Positions 14,301 through 26,300 of a DNA stretch of 64,000 nt are shown piece by piece. The stretch spans positions 1,612,001 through 1,676,000 of the forward strand of contig CATNEN010000032.1 of assembly GCA_950097015.1 (NCBI GenBank), written 5' to 3'. The stretch's first letter is position 1. Each line of letters starts with the position of its first letter. The notes under the pieces are model-generated. The model made no database searches and was not told the DNA's origin. It worked only from the letters and a program-made list of their open reading frames with translations. The position numbers were made by a program, and so were the translations under genes. The DNA comes from Macrostomum hystrix (taxonomy: Eukaryota; Animalia; Platyhelminthes).

Positions 14301-17300
14301 TGTGGGGTGTTGATTGTGGGGTGCTGATTGTGGGGTGTTGATTGTGGGGTGTTGATTGTGGGGTGCTGATTGTGGGGTGTTGATTGTGGGGTGCTGATCA
14401 TGGGGTGTTGATTGTGGGGTGTTGATTGTGGGGTGTTGATTGTGGGGTGCTGATTGTGGGGTGTTGATTGTGGGGTGTTGATTGTGGGGTGTTGATTGTG
14501 GGGTGTTGATTGTGGGGTGCTGATTGTGGGGTGCTGATCATGGGGTGTTGATTGTGGGGTGTTGATTGTGGGGTGTTGATTGTGGGGTGCTGATTGTGGG
14601 ATGTTGATTGTGGGGTGCTGATTGTGGGGTGTTGATTGTGGGGTGTTGATTGTGGGGTGTTGATTGTGGGGTGTTGATTGTGGGGTGCTGATTGTGGGGT
14701 GCTGATCATGGGGTGTTGATTGTGGGGTGTTGATTGTGGGGTGCTGATCATGGGGTGTTGATTGTGGGGTGCTGATCATGGGGTGTTGATTGTGGGGTGT
14801 TGATTGTGGGGTGTTGATTGTGGGGTGCTGATTGTGGGGTGCTGATTGTGGGGTGCTGATTGTGGGGTGCTGATTGTGGGGTGCTGATTGTGGGGTGTTG
14901 ATTGTGGGTTGCTGATTGTGGGGTGTTGATTGTGGGGTGCTGATCATGGGGTGTTGATTGTGGGTTGCTGATTGTGGGGTGTTGATTGTGGGGTGTTGAT
15001 TGTGGGGTGTTGATTGTGGGGTGTTGATTGTGGGGTGCTGATTGTGGGGTGTTGATTGTGGGGTGTTGATTGTGGGGTGTTGATTGTGGGGTGTTGATTG
15101 TGGGGTGTTCATTTATGAGAATTTCAGTGGGTGTGGGCTGTCAGGTGTTGAATAATAAAAGATCCCAGAGGAGCCCATGGATTTGACAGGTGTGTCACAG
15201 GCGAACCTTCTCGTAGATTAGCCTATTCCTGCGCGCAGTGCCAATCCAGGCCCTGTTGAACACGGCATCCGATGTTGGATCGTTCAGCAGCAATCCACTC
15301 GCTTCGTCATTGTCTAGAACATTCTTCGCTGATGAAGCTGACGACAACTCTGATTTCCCCTTATTCGCTACCCTGGCAGCTTCGGCGGCGGAGGTGGCAG
15401 CGGCGGTGACGCCCAGGTGTTCGCGCATCAGGTACCGACGCAGCGATCCGGCGAAGCGGCCCACCTGAACTCGACCGGCCTGCCACATGGCCGGGCGCAG
15501 GTCGCTGCCCATGTCCTCGAATAGTCCGGCCAGCTCCGAGTCGCAGCTGCCGAGCAATGAGCGATCGTTGATATTCGCTGAGCCGATGATGCAGAGTCTG
15601 TCGTCGGCTATGATTAGTTTGCTGTGCACGTAAACCTGCTCAGTTACCAGCTGACCCGATGGGAGGCGGCCCCAGTTGCGGAGGGAGCACACAGACACGT
15701 ACCTGGAGACATTGAATTAGTAAGATTTGACATTGCTGCAGGGTGGATGGGAGATTCCCAGAAGATTCTCGGGAGATTCCCAGACGATTCTCGGGAGATT
15801 CCCAGAGGATTCTCGGGAGATTCCCAGAGGATTCTCGGGAGATTCCCAGAGGATTCTCGGGAGATTCCCAGAAGATTCTCGTGAGATTCCCAGAAGATTC
15901 TCGTGAGATTCCCAGAAGATTCTCGGGAGATTCCTAGAGGATTCTCGTGAGATTCCCTTGCCAGGAGATTTATGGCAGAAAAAATAGTTATCTTTCAGCT
16001 CACCTGCTCGGATCAATGTCCAACTCGTGCAGCCGGTCAAACAGTGAGGCGCCACCTCTAAACAGAGACGAGTACTCGTGATGCAGCACCATGAGTACCG
16101 GTGCGGACAGCACGCCGGACTGGACCTCCTCGCAGGTGAACAGTGGCAGCGCTGGCAGTACTAAATATAGTCGAAAAGGGTGGCCTTTCTGATGCATCTC
16201 AACAATCTTGCGGAAGAGCAGCCAGCAGAGATTGTTCTGCACCGATATCCCGTCAGTAGTGCTCGTATTTGAGAATCGACCTCCGGGCAGGCAGCAGGAG
16301 ATGAAGAACTGGTTCTCAATGTACAGGTAGTGCTGGGCCCTGCAAATCACGTGCTCATAGGCTTGTCGAATGCTGCTCTCGGTTGGCGACAGTCCGCCAG
16401 ACCAGAAGCCGAGGCTGCGCAGGATTTGCACCTGACAGCTGGACGGCGGCGCCAGCCAGCGCTTCGCCTTCACCCGAGGCTGCGCGCTCCGGCCTAGGTC
16501 GCCGGTGACTGCGCGGTCGCCGCAAAAGACAACGCCGACTCTGGCGACATCCTCTTCGTCAGTCTCTTTATTCTTGGTGTCATCTTTGAACTGCACGGAC
16601 AACTGGCGGCACTGCTGAAGCTCGGAGCTCGGCTCGGAATTGTTCAGATTAACCAATTTGCCATCTGCGGCAATGTCATCCTGACTGGCCATCGCGTCCG
16701 ACAGCTGCTGTTGGGCGAATAATTGCGACGACCGAAACGCCTGCGTCTTCTGTGCCGACTGAGTAGCAACATCGGCTGTGGACGTTTTCGGCACGAGAAC
16801 CGGGTGCTCGAGGTTACCGCACCTGTTGCGCGAATAGTTCCAGCGGTCGATGAAATGGCGCGCCACGTCGCGGGCCGCCTGGCCGCGGACAACGCAGCCG
16901 ACGTCGTGCCAGCCGGTGCGCGGCGAGTTCCGATTGGTGGCTTCTGAATATGAAACGACTTTTTAATTTTCGTTCTTGAAAGCAGCTGAGATGCCAGGGT
17001 TACAATGTTAAAACAGGTGAATGATAAGATTTGCTCAGAAGCTGTGGGCTGACTGGGCGCAGAATTTGGTGACATTGAGCCGCAGCCAGCGAGGAGGCAA
17101 TTCTGCCCATTCCGCCATGAAAATTTTCGAAACAACTTCCAGAATCACAAAGCATCGGCATCGTCGAGTTATTCAACGATTTTCGTCGGGGTTTCGAGTG
17201 GCAAAAACTATCAATATTGCATTAATAATTATTATGCGAGCATATCAGTGAACCAATAAGGATTCGCCATAGAGGTTTACACAGAGCAATGTTACTAGTC

Positions 17301-20300
17301 CTTGTCACCAGGGTCTTTGACAAGAATCGCTGAACATCTCGATGATGCAGACTCGGACGGCTTAGAAAGTTACGGCATCGTAAAGGGCGGAAAAGTTTTA
17401 TTCAGATTATTCAGATGAACTTTGACAAAAGTCGGTAATTCGGTCTGGGAGCTGTCGTGAAGAAGGCAGCGGGTATTTGAAATGCCTCTGTGGTCTCTCT
17501 ACGGTCTGCTGCTCACTACCTTAAAACTTGAAGTTCGGTGGTGGAACCAGCATCAGCTGGGGTAAAAATTCGGGTGAGTTCGAGGGCCTACTCAACAGTT
17601 GTACACAGCCTTTGTCTAGTGTCAAATAGGTAAGCTTTTTACATTTCCAAGCTTATTGAGAGCTTAAACAAAATCCTTATCAATGTTGTTAATCCAGACT
17701 CACCTTCGTACGGCTTGTCCATGACGGCTGGCACTGGCAGCATCCAGTTGACGTAGTCCATTCCGCGGAATAATTGAAATTTCTGGGCCTCGTCAGTTTT
17801 CAGTGCGTAGCCCGTGTTCAGCTGGCCGTACCAGGCCCACGGATTCGTTCGTTCATTCTGCAGGTTCTTCGCGCTAAACAGCTTCGTCCAACGTCTGGTC
17901 GCCTTGTAGCTGGTGGGTGGCAGTTTTGAGTGATCTTTGTGCAGTTTTGAGTGATCTTTGTGCAGTTTTGAGTGATCTTTGTGCAGTTTTGAGTGATCTT
18001 TGTGCAATTTTGAGTGATCTTTGTGCAGTTTTGAGTGATCTTTGTGCAGTTTTGAGTGATCTTTGTGCAATTTTGAGTGATCTTTGTGCAGTTTTAAGTG
18101 ATCTTTGTGCAGTTTTGAGTGATCTTTGTGCAGTTTTTTAGTGGTGTTTTAAATGATCTTCGTGCAGTTATGAGTTATTTGCATTTGTGATATTTTGAAC
18201 GAACGTATCTTTGATTGAAGTTTTTATTATTATTTGATCCACTGTAAATAAATAAATGTACTTTTATACGACAAGCCCACTGTAAAATAACTACTCGTAA
18301 TTAACCCAACTGCAAATCCAGCGTCATTCATTGAGTCACGACTCACAAGTGGTAAACAGGATGCACTCGACTTTGCTTTTTAATCTAATGCTACAGAAAA
18401 ACTGACAGCTGGTAAGAGGCATTCATTGGCCCACAATATCAGTAAAAAAGCTATGCCTTTATTTGTCCACTCCAATCCATATTACCTGCTGCATTACCTC
18501 CTCATTCCAACCCATCCTCATTCCATCCCATCCTCATTCCATCCCATCCTCATTCCATCTCATCCTCATTCCATCCCATCCTCATTCCATCTCATCCTCA
18601 TTCCATCCCATCCTCATTCCATCCCATCCTCATTCCATCCCATCCTCATTCCATCTCATCCGCATTCCATCCCATCCTCATTCCATCCCATCCTCATTCC
18701 ATCCCATCCTCATTCCATCCCATCCTCATTCCATCCCATCCTCATTCCATCCCATCCTCATTCCATCCCATCCTCATTCCATCCCATCCTCATTCCATCC
18801 CATCCTCATTCCATCCCATCCTCATTCCATCCCATCCTCATTCCATCCCATCCTCATTCCATCCCATCCTCATTCCATCCCATCCTCATTCCATCCCATC
18901 CTCATTCCATCCCATCCTCATTCCATTTCATCCTCATTCCATCCCATCCTCATTCCATCCCATCCTCATTCCATCCCATCCTCATTCCATCCCATCCTCA
19001 TTCCATCCCATCCTCATTCCATCCCATCCTCATTCCATCCCATCCTCATTCCATCCCATCCTCATTCCATCCCATCCTCATTCCATCCCATCCTCATTCC
19101 ATATCATCCTCATTCCATCCCATCCTCATTCCATCCCATCCTCATTCCATCCCATCCTCATTCCATCCCATCCTCATTCCATTTCATCCTCATTCCATCC
19201 CATCCTCATTCCATCCCATCCTCATTCCATTTCATCCTCATTCCATCCCATCCTCATTCCATCCCATCCTCATTCCATCCCATCCTCATTCCATCCCATC
19301 CTCATTCCATCCCATCCTCATTCCATCCCATCCTCATTTCATCCCATCCTCATTCCATCCCATCCTCATTCCATCCCATCCTCATTCCATCCCATCCTCA
19401 TTCCATCCCATCCTCATTCCATCCCATCCTCATTCCATCCCATCCTCATTCCATCTCATCCTCATTCCATCCCATCCTCATTCCATCTCATCCTCATTCC
19501 ATCCCATCCTCATTCCATCCCATCCTCATTCCATCCCATCCTCATTCCATCTCATCCGCATTCCATCCCATCCTCATTCCATCCCATCCTCATTCCATCC
19601 CATCCTCATTCCATCCCATCCTCATTCCATCCCATCCTCATTCCATCCCATCCTCATTCCATCCCATCCTCATTCCATCCCATCCTCATTCCATCCCATC
19701 CTCATTCCATCCCATCCTCATTCCATCCCATCCTCATTCCATCCCATCCTCATTCCATATCATCCTCATTCCATCCCATCCTCATTCCATCCCATCCTCA
19801 TTCCATCCCATCCTCATTCCATCCCATCCTCATTCCATTTCATCCTCATTCCATCCCATCCTCATTCCATCCCATCCTCATTCCATCCCATCCTCATTCC
19901 ATCCCATCCTCATTCCATCCCATCCTCATTCCATCCCATCCTCATTCCATCCCATCCTCATTCCATCCCATCCTCATTTCATCCCATCCTCATTCCATCC
20001 CATCCTCATTCCATCCCATCCTCATTCCATCCCATCCTCATTCCATCCCATCCTCATTCCATCCCATCCTCATTCCATCCCATCCTCATTCCATATCATC
20101 CTCATTCCATCCCATCCTCATTCCATCCCATCCTCATTCCATCCTATCCTCATTCCATCCCATCCTCATTCCATCTCTTCCTCATTCCGTCTCATCTTCA
20201 TTTCATCCCATCTTCATTCCATCCCATCCTCATTCCATCCCATCCTCATTCCATCCCATCCTCATTCCATCTCATCCGCATTCCATCCCATCCTCATTCC

Positions 20301-23300
20301 ATCCCATCCTCATTCCATCCCATCCTCATTCCATCCCATCCTCATTCCATCTCATCCGCATTCCATCCCATCCTCATTCCATCTCATCCTCATTCCATCC
20401 CATCCTCATTCCATCCCATCCTCATTCCATATCATCCTCATTCCATCCCATCCTCATTCCATCCCATCCTCATTCCATCCCATCCTCATTCCATCTCATC
20501 CGCATTCCATCCCATCCTCATTCCATTCAATCCTCATTCCATCCCATCCTCATTTCATCCCATCCTCATTCCATCCCATCCTTATTCCATCCCATCCTCA
20601 TTTGCATCCCATCCTCATTCCATTCAATCCTCATTCCATCCCATCCTCATTCCATCCCATCCTCATTCCATCCCATCCTCATTCCATCCCATCCTCATTC
20701 CATTCAATCCTCATTCCATCCCATCCTCATTCCATCCCATCCTCATTCCATCCCATCCTCATTCCATCCCATCCTCATTCCATCCCATCCTCATTCCATT
20801 TCATCCTCATTCCATCCCATCCTCATTCCATCCCATCCTCATTCCATCTCTTCCTCATTCCATTTCATCCTCATTCCATCCCATCCTCATTCCATCCCAT
20901 CCTCATTCCATCCCATCCTCATTCCATTTCATCCTCATTCCATCCCATCCTCATTCCATCCCATCCTCATTCCATCCCATCCTCATTCCATCCCATCCTC
21001 ATTCCATTTCATCCTCATTCCATCCCATCCTCATTTCATCCCATCCTCATTCCATCCCATCTTCATTTCATCCCATTTTCATTCCATCCCATCCTCATTC
21101 CATCCCATCCTCATTCCATCCCATCCTCATTCCATCCCATCCTCATTCCATCCCATCCTCATTCCATTCAATCCTCATTCCATCCCATCCTCATTCCATC
21201 CCATCCTCATTCCATCCCATCCTCATTCCATCCCATCCTCATTCCATCCCATCCTCATTCCATTTCATCCTCATTCCATCCCATCCTCATTCCATCCCAT
21301 CCTCATTCCATCTCTTCCTCATTCCATTTCATCCTCATTCCATCCCATCCTCATTCCATCCCATCCTCATTCCATCCCATCCTCATTCCATCCCATCCTC
21401 ATTCCATTTCATCCTCATTCCATCCCATCCTCATTCCATCCCATCCTCATTCCATCCCATCCTCATTCCATCCCATCCTCATTCCATTTCATCCTCATTC
21501 CATCCCATCCTCATTTCATCCCATCCTCATTCCATCCCATCTTCATTTCATCCCATTTTCATTCCATCCCATCCTCATTCCATCCAATCCTCATTCTATC
21601 CCATCCTCATTCCATCCCATCCTCATTCCATCCCATCCTCATTCCATCCCATCCTCATTCCATCCCATCCTCATTCCATATCATCCTCATTCCATCCCAT
21701 CCTCATTCCATCCCATCCTCATTCCATCCCATCCTCATTCCATCTCTTCCTCATTCCGTCTCATCTTCATTTCATCCCATCTTCATTCCATCCCATCCTC
21801 ATTCCATCCCATCCTCATTCCATCCCATCCTCATTCCATCCCATCCTCATTCCATCCCATCCTCATTCCATCCCATCCTCATTCCATCCCATCCTCATTC
21901 CATCCCATCCTCATTCCATCCCATCCGCATTCCATCCCATCCTCATTCCATCCCATCCTCATTCCATCCCATCCTCATTCCATTCCATCCTCATTCCATC
22001 CCATCCTCATTCCATCCCATCCTCATTCCATCTCATCCGCATTCCATCCCATCCTCATTCCATCCCATCCTCATTCCATTCCATCCTCATTTCATCCCAT
22101 CCTCATTCCATCCCATCCTCATTTCATCCCATCCTCATTTCATCCCATCCTCATTTCATCCCATCCTCATTTCATCCCATCCTCATTCCATTCCATCCTC
22201 ATTCCATCTGATTTCATCAGCCATCCCATATTTATTCCTCAATCCATATGCAAAGGTTTCTTACGCTGGTTCGGTGTCATCTGCAACCCTAAATGAGTCG
22301 GCGCTTTTGTTCTCTTTGAAAAGGTTCCAGATCGATGCTCTGAGCTTCGATTGGCGCTGACGAGCTTCTTGACCGCCCTTGTCTAGACCAGCGAATGCTG
22401 CGTCTGAGAGCTCAGGCGACTGGCTCGAATTGTGCCTGGCGCGAAGTAGCTTCAGCCGCAGCTGCGTCAGGGTCTCCTCTGTACGCTGCGTTATGGAACC
22501 GGCAGAGTGCGATACACCGGTGAGATAATTGTGAGACACCGGTGAGATGATTGTGAGACACCGGTGAGATGATTATGAGACACCGGTGAGATGATTGTGA
22601 GACACCGGTGAGATGATTGCGGAACACCGGTAATAATACGTGAGATGATATTGGGAGGACTCCGTACAGGTGAGACACTAAGAGTGACAGTGAAATATAG
22701 AGAGACATCATGCTCATTGTAGGTAACTAAACAGGTCATAGTGAGACACTAGAGAGGTCATAGTGAGACACTAGAGAGGTCATAGTGAGACACTAGAGAG
22801 GTCATAGTGAGACACTAGAGAGGTCATAGTGAGACACTAGAGAGGTCATAGTGAGACACTAGAGAGGTCATAGTGAGACACTAGAGAGGTCATAGTGAGA
22901 CACTAGAGAGGTCATAGTGAGACACTAGAGAGGTCATAGTGAGACACTAGAGAGGTCATAGTGAGACACTAGAGAGGTCATAGTGAGACACTAGAAAGGT
23001 CATAGTTAGACACTAGAGAGGTCATAGTGAGACACTACAGAGGTCATAGTGAGACACTAGAGAGGTCATAGTGAGACACTAGAAAGGTCATAGTTAGACA
23101 CTAGAGAGGTCATAGTGAGACACTACAGAGGTCATAGTGAGACACTAGAGAGGTCATAGTGAGACACTAGGGTGGTCATAGTGAGACACTAGAAAGGTCA
23201 TAGTGAGACACTAGAGAGGTCATAGTGAGACACTTGGGTGGTCATAGTGAGACACTAGAGAGGTCATAGTGAGACACTAGGGATGTCATAGTGAGACACT

Positions 23301-26300
23301 TGAGTGGTCATAGTGAGACACTAAAGTGGTCATAGTTAGACACTAGGGTGGTCATAGTGAGACACTCTATGAGCGATTGTGGTCAAAGTAGTATGCAAAA
23401 GTGAGAACCTAAGATGGTGGTTGAAGTTCCAGTGTCAGCTAGAGAGCATTGCACCGAGAGCTCAAGAACTTTCTAAGAAACCCTCGTGAGTATTTTGAGG
23501 CTGAATTTGAGTTTGATATTAGATCCGCTGCGGGGTCTAGGGGTTCTGAGATGGGAAATAGGCAAATAATCCTATTTCCACTGACGAAAGCTCTACTCAG
23601 TCCCTCACTAAAGCGCATGAGATTATTGCTAACTGGATTCTCCCTCTCTCGAGAGGTAGTGAGCAGTTCTGTACTCACTCCGCATTGACACCAGCCCAAA
23701 TTCGGACTAACCTGCCCCGTAGGCGGAAAGGCAAGACGGCATAGAAAGACAAGAAACGATGCGGGATGTCTCCGACGGGAGATGAGAAAATATTATTACC
23801 TCTAGCTAAAAAAATTAAATGAAAATTTCCGACTGCCTTTGAGCTTTTCTATCGATTTCTATTCCTATAAAATTAAGTTTAGTCAAGTTAACGAAACAAA
23901 ATGAATTCGAAAAGACCTGAGAACTTGACCGCTGTACACTTTTTGAATTATTGTTTCGATGCCTGCGAAAACTGTTGCTAACTCTTGCAGGTATTATGGG
24001 AGTGCAGCGATGCTGCTGCTGCTGATGCTGCTGCTGCCTAGGCGGGAAGTGCGTCTTCCACCGGCCAACGGGTTTATCGCGAAAAATAGAATATTTTTTG
24101 TAGAATTTGACTGAAAAAGTTACACGAAATAGTAACAATATAGACACGAAAGCCAAGCTACGAGTAATTACAAAACTGTACTAAAAAACCAACAGAAAAC
24201 AAATACAGATAGACAATGACCCAGGAGACACAGACACACTCAGTACAGACAGACAGAACAGAACAGAACATACGGACAGACACTAAATACAGACAACGAG
24301 AGACTAAGTGCAAACAGACACCCAGAACGGACAGACACCCAGTACACACTGACAGACACCCAGTACAGACTGACAGACACCCAGTACAGACTGACAGACA
24401 CCCAGTACAGACTGACAGACACCCAGTACAGACTGACAGACACTAAGTACAGACTGACAGACACTAAGTACAGACTGACAGACACTAAGTACAGACTGAC
24501 AGACACCCAGTACAGACTGACAGACACTAAGTACAGACTGACAGACACTAAGTACAGACTGACAGACACTAAGTACAGACTGACACACACCCAGTACAGA
24601 CTGACAGACACCCAGTACAGACTGACAGACACCCAGTACAGACATAGAGACACCCAGTACAGACACACACCCAGTACAGACAGACAACCAGTACAGACAC
24701 ACCCAGTACAGACAGACAACCAGTACAGACAGACAACCAGTACAGACAGACAACCAGTACAGACAGACAACCAGTACAGACAGACAACCAGTACAGACAG
24801 ACAACCAGTACAGACAGACAACCAGTACAGACAGACAACCAGTACAGACACACCCAGTACAGACAGACAACCAGTACAGACAAACAACCAGTACAGACAC
24901 ACCCAGTACAGACACACACCCAGTACAGACAGACAACCAGTACAGACAGGCAACCAGTACAGACAGGCAACCAGTACAGACAGGCAACCAGTACAGACAG
25001 ACAACCAGTACAGACAGGCAACCAGTACAGACAGGCAACCAGTACAGACAGGCAAACAGTAAAGACAGGCAACCAGTACAGACAGGCAACCAGTACAGAC
25101 ACACACCCAGTACAGACACACCCAGTACAGACACACACCCAGTACAGACAGACAACCAGTACAGACAGGCAACCAGTACAGACAGGCAACCAGTACAGAC
25201 AGGCAACCAGTACAGACAGGCAACCAGTACAGACAGGCAACCAGTACAGACAGGCAACCAGTACAGACAGACAACCAGTACAGACAGGCAACCAGTACAG
25301 ACAGACAACCAGTACAGACAGGCAACCAGTACAGACAGGCAACCAGTACAGACAGGCAACCAGTAAAGACAGGCAACCAGTACAGACAGACAACCAGTAC
25401 AGACAGGCAACCAGTACAGACAGACAACCAGTACAGACACACACCCAGTACAGACAGGCAACCAGTACAGACAGGCAACCAGTACAGACAGACAACCAGT
25501 ACAGACAGACACCCAGTACAGACACACACCCAGTACAGACAGGCAACCAGTACAGACAGACAACCAGTACAGACAGACACCCAGTACAGACAGGCAACCA
25601 GTACAGACAGGCAACCAGTACAGACAGACAACCAGTACAGACAGGCAATGAGTCTATCTCACCGGACTCATTGCTCTTGTGACTCTCGGCAGCAACATTT
25701 TTCATGACACACCGCGGTGCCACAACAGCTGGGCGACTTTTGCCAAGTCCGTTGACTTCAGCATTTCTAGCAATATCGATCAAAGTCTTGGAAGAAGCCA
25801 GGGTCACTGAAACAGAATAGTTTTCATTAACGAAAAGTATTTTTTTATCAACGATTATAAAACTGCGAGCAAAACATAAACGACAACGACGCTCACCGAA
25901 AGTGTCCCTCGAGGCAGCGGTTTGTTTTGTTCTCCGTTCTGACTGAAGTGTAAGAGCAGCAGCTGGTGGGTGAAGCTGCTTGATTGAGGTCACGATTGAG
26001 TTCATGAGTGAGATCACGATTGAGTTCATGAGTGAGGTCACGATTGAGTTCATGAGTGAGGTCACGATTGAGTTCATGAGTGAGGTCACGATTGAGTTCA
26101 TGAGTGAGATCACGATTGAGTTCATGAGTAAGATCACGATTGAGTTCATGAGTGAGGTCACGATTGAGTTCATGAGTGAGATCACGATTGAGTTCATGAG
26201 TGAGGTCACGATTGAGTTCATGAGTGAGATCACGATTGAGTTCAAGAGTGAGATCACGATTGAGTTCATGAGTGAGATCACGATTGAGTTCATGAGTGAG

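Larger units (their letters stand above)
1..16659. repeat. Segmental tandem duplication: unit 1 <1-8845, unit 2 8846-16659
   Basis: Unique flanks match almost base for base (e.g. 200-700 vs 10023-10525; 2760-3550 vs 12584-13375; 7030-7670 vs 15110-15750). Identity ends at AACCAATTT (8837-8845 = 16651-16659). Confidence 0.92.

Noticed and set aside
18426-22296. ORFs over 1200 aa (HPILIPS repeats), and similar long ORFs at 3.5-7, 8.8-10, 13.5-15, 24-26, 45.7-47, 49.4-54.4 and 57.7-59.6 kb
   Set aside because: They are translations of stop-free satellite units, open in several frames at once and lying mostly inside introns of recognisable genes.
23439-23699. Overlapping plus and minus ORFs of 79-86 aa inside a PLD intron
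   Set aside because: No motif, and no splice sites fitting the PLD phases were found.
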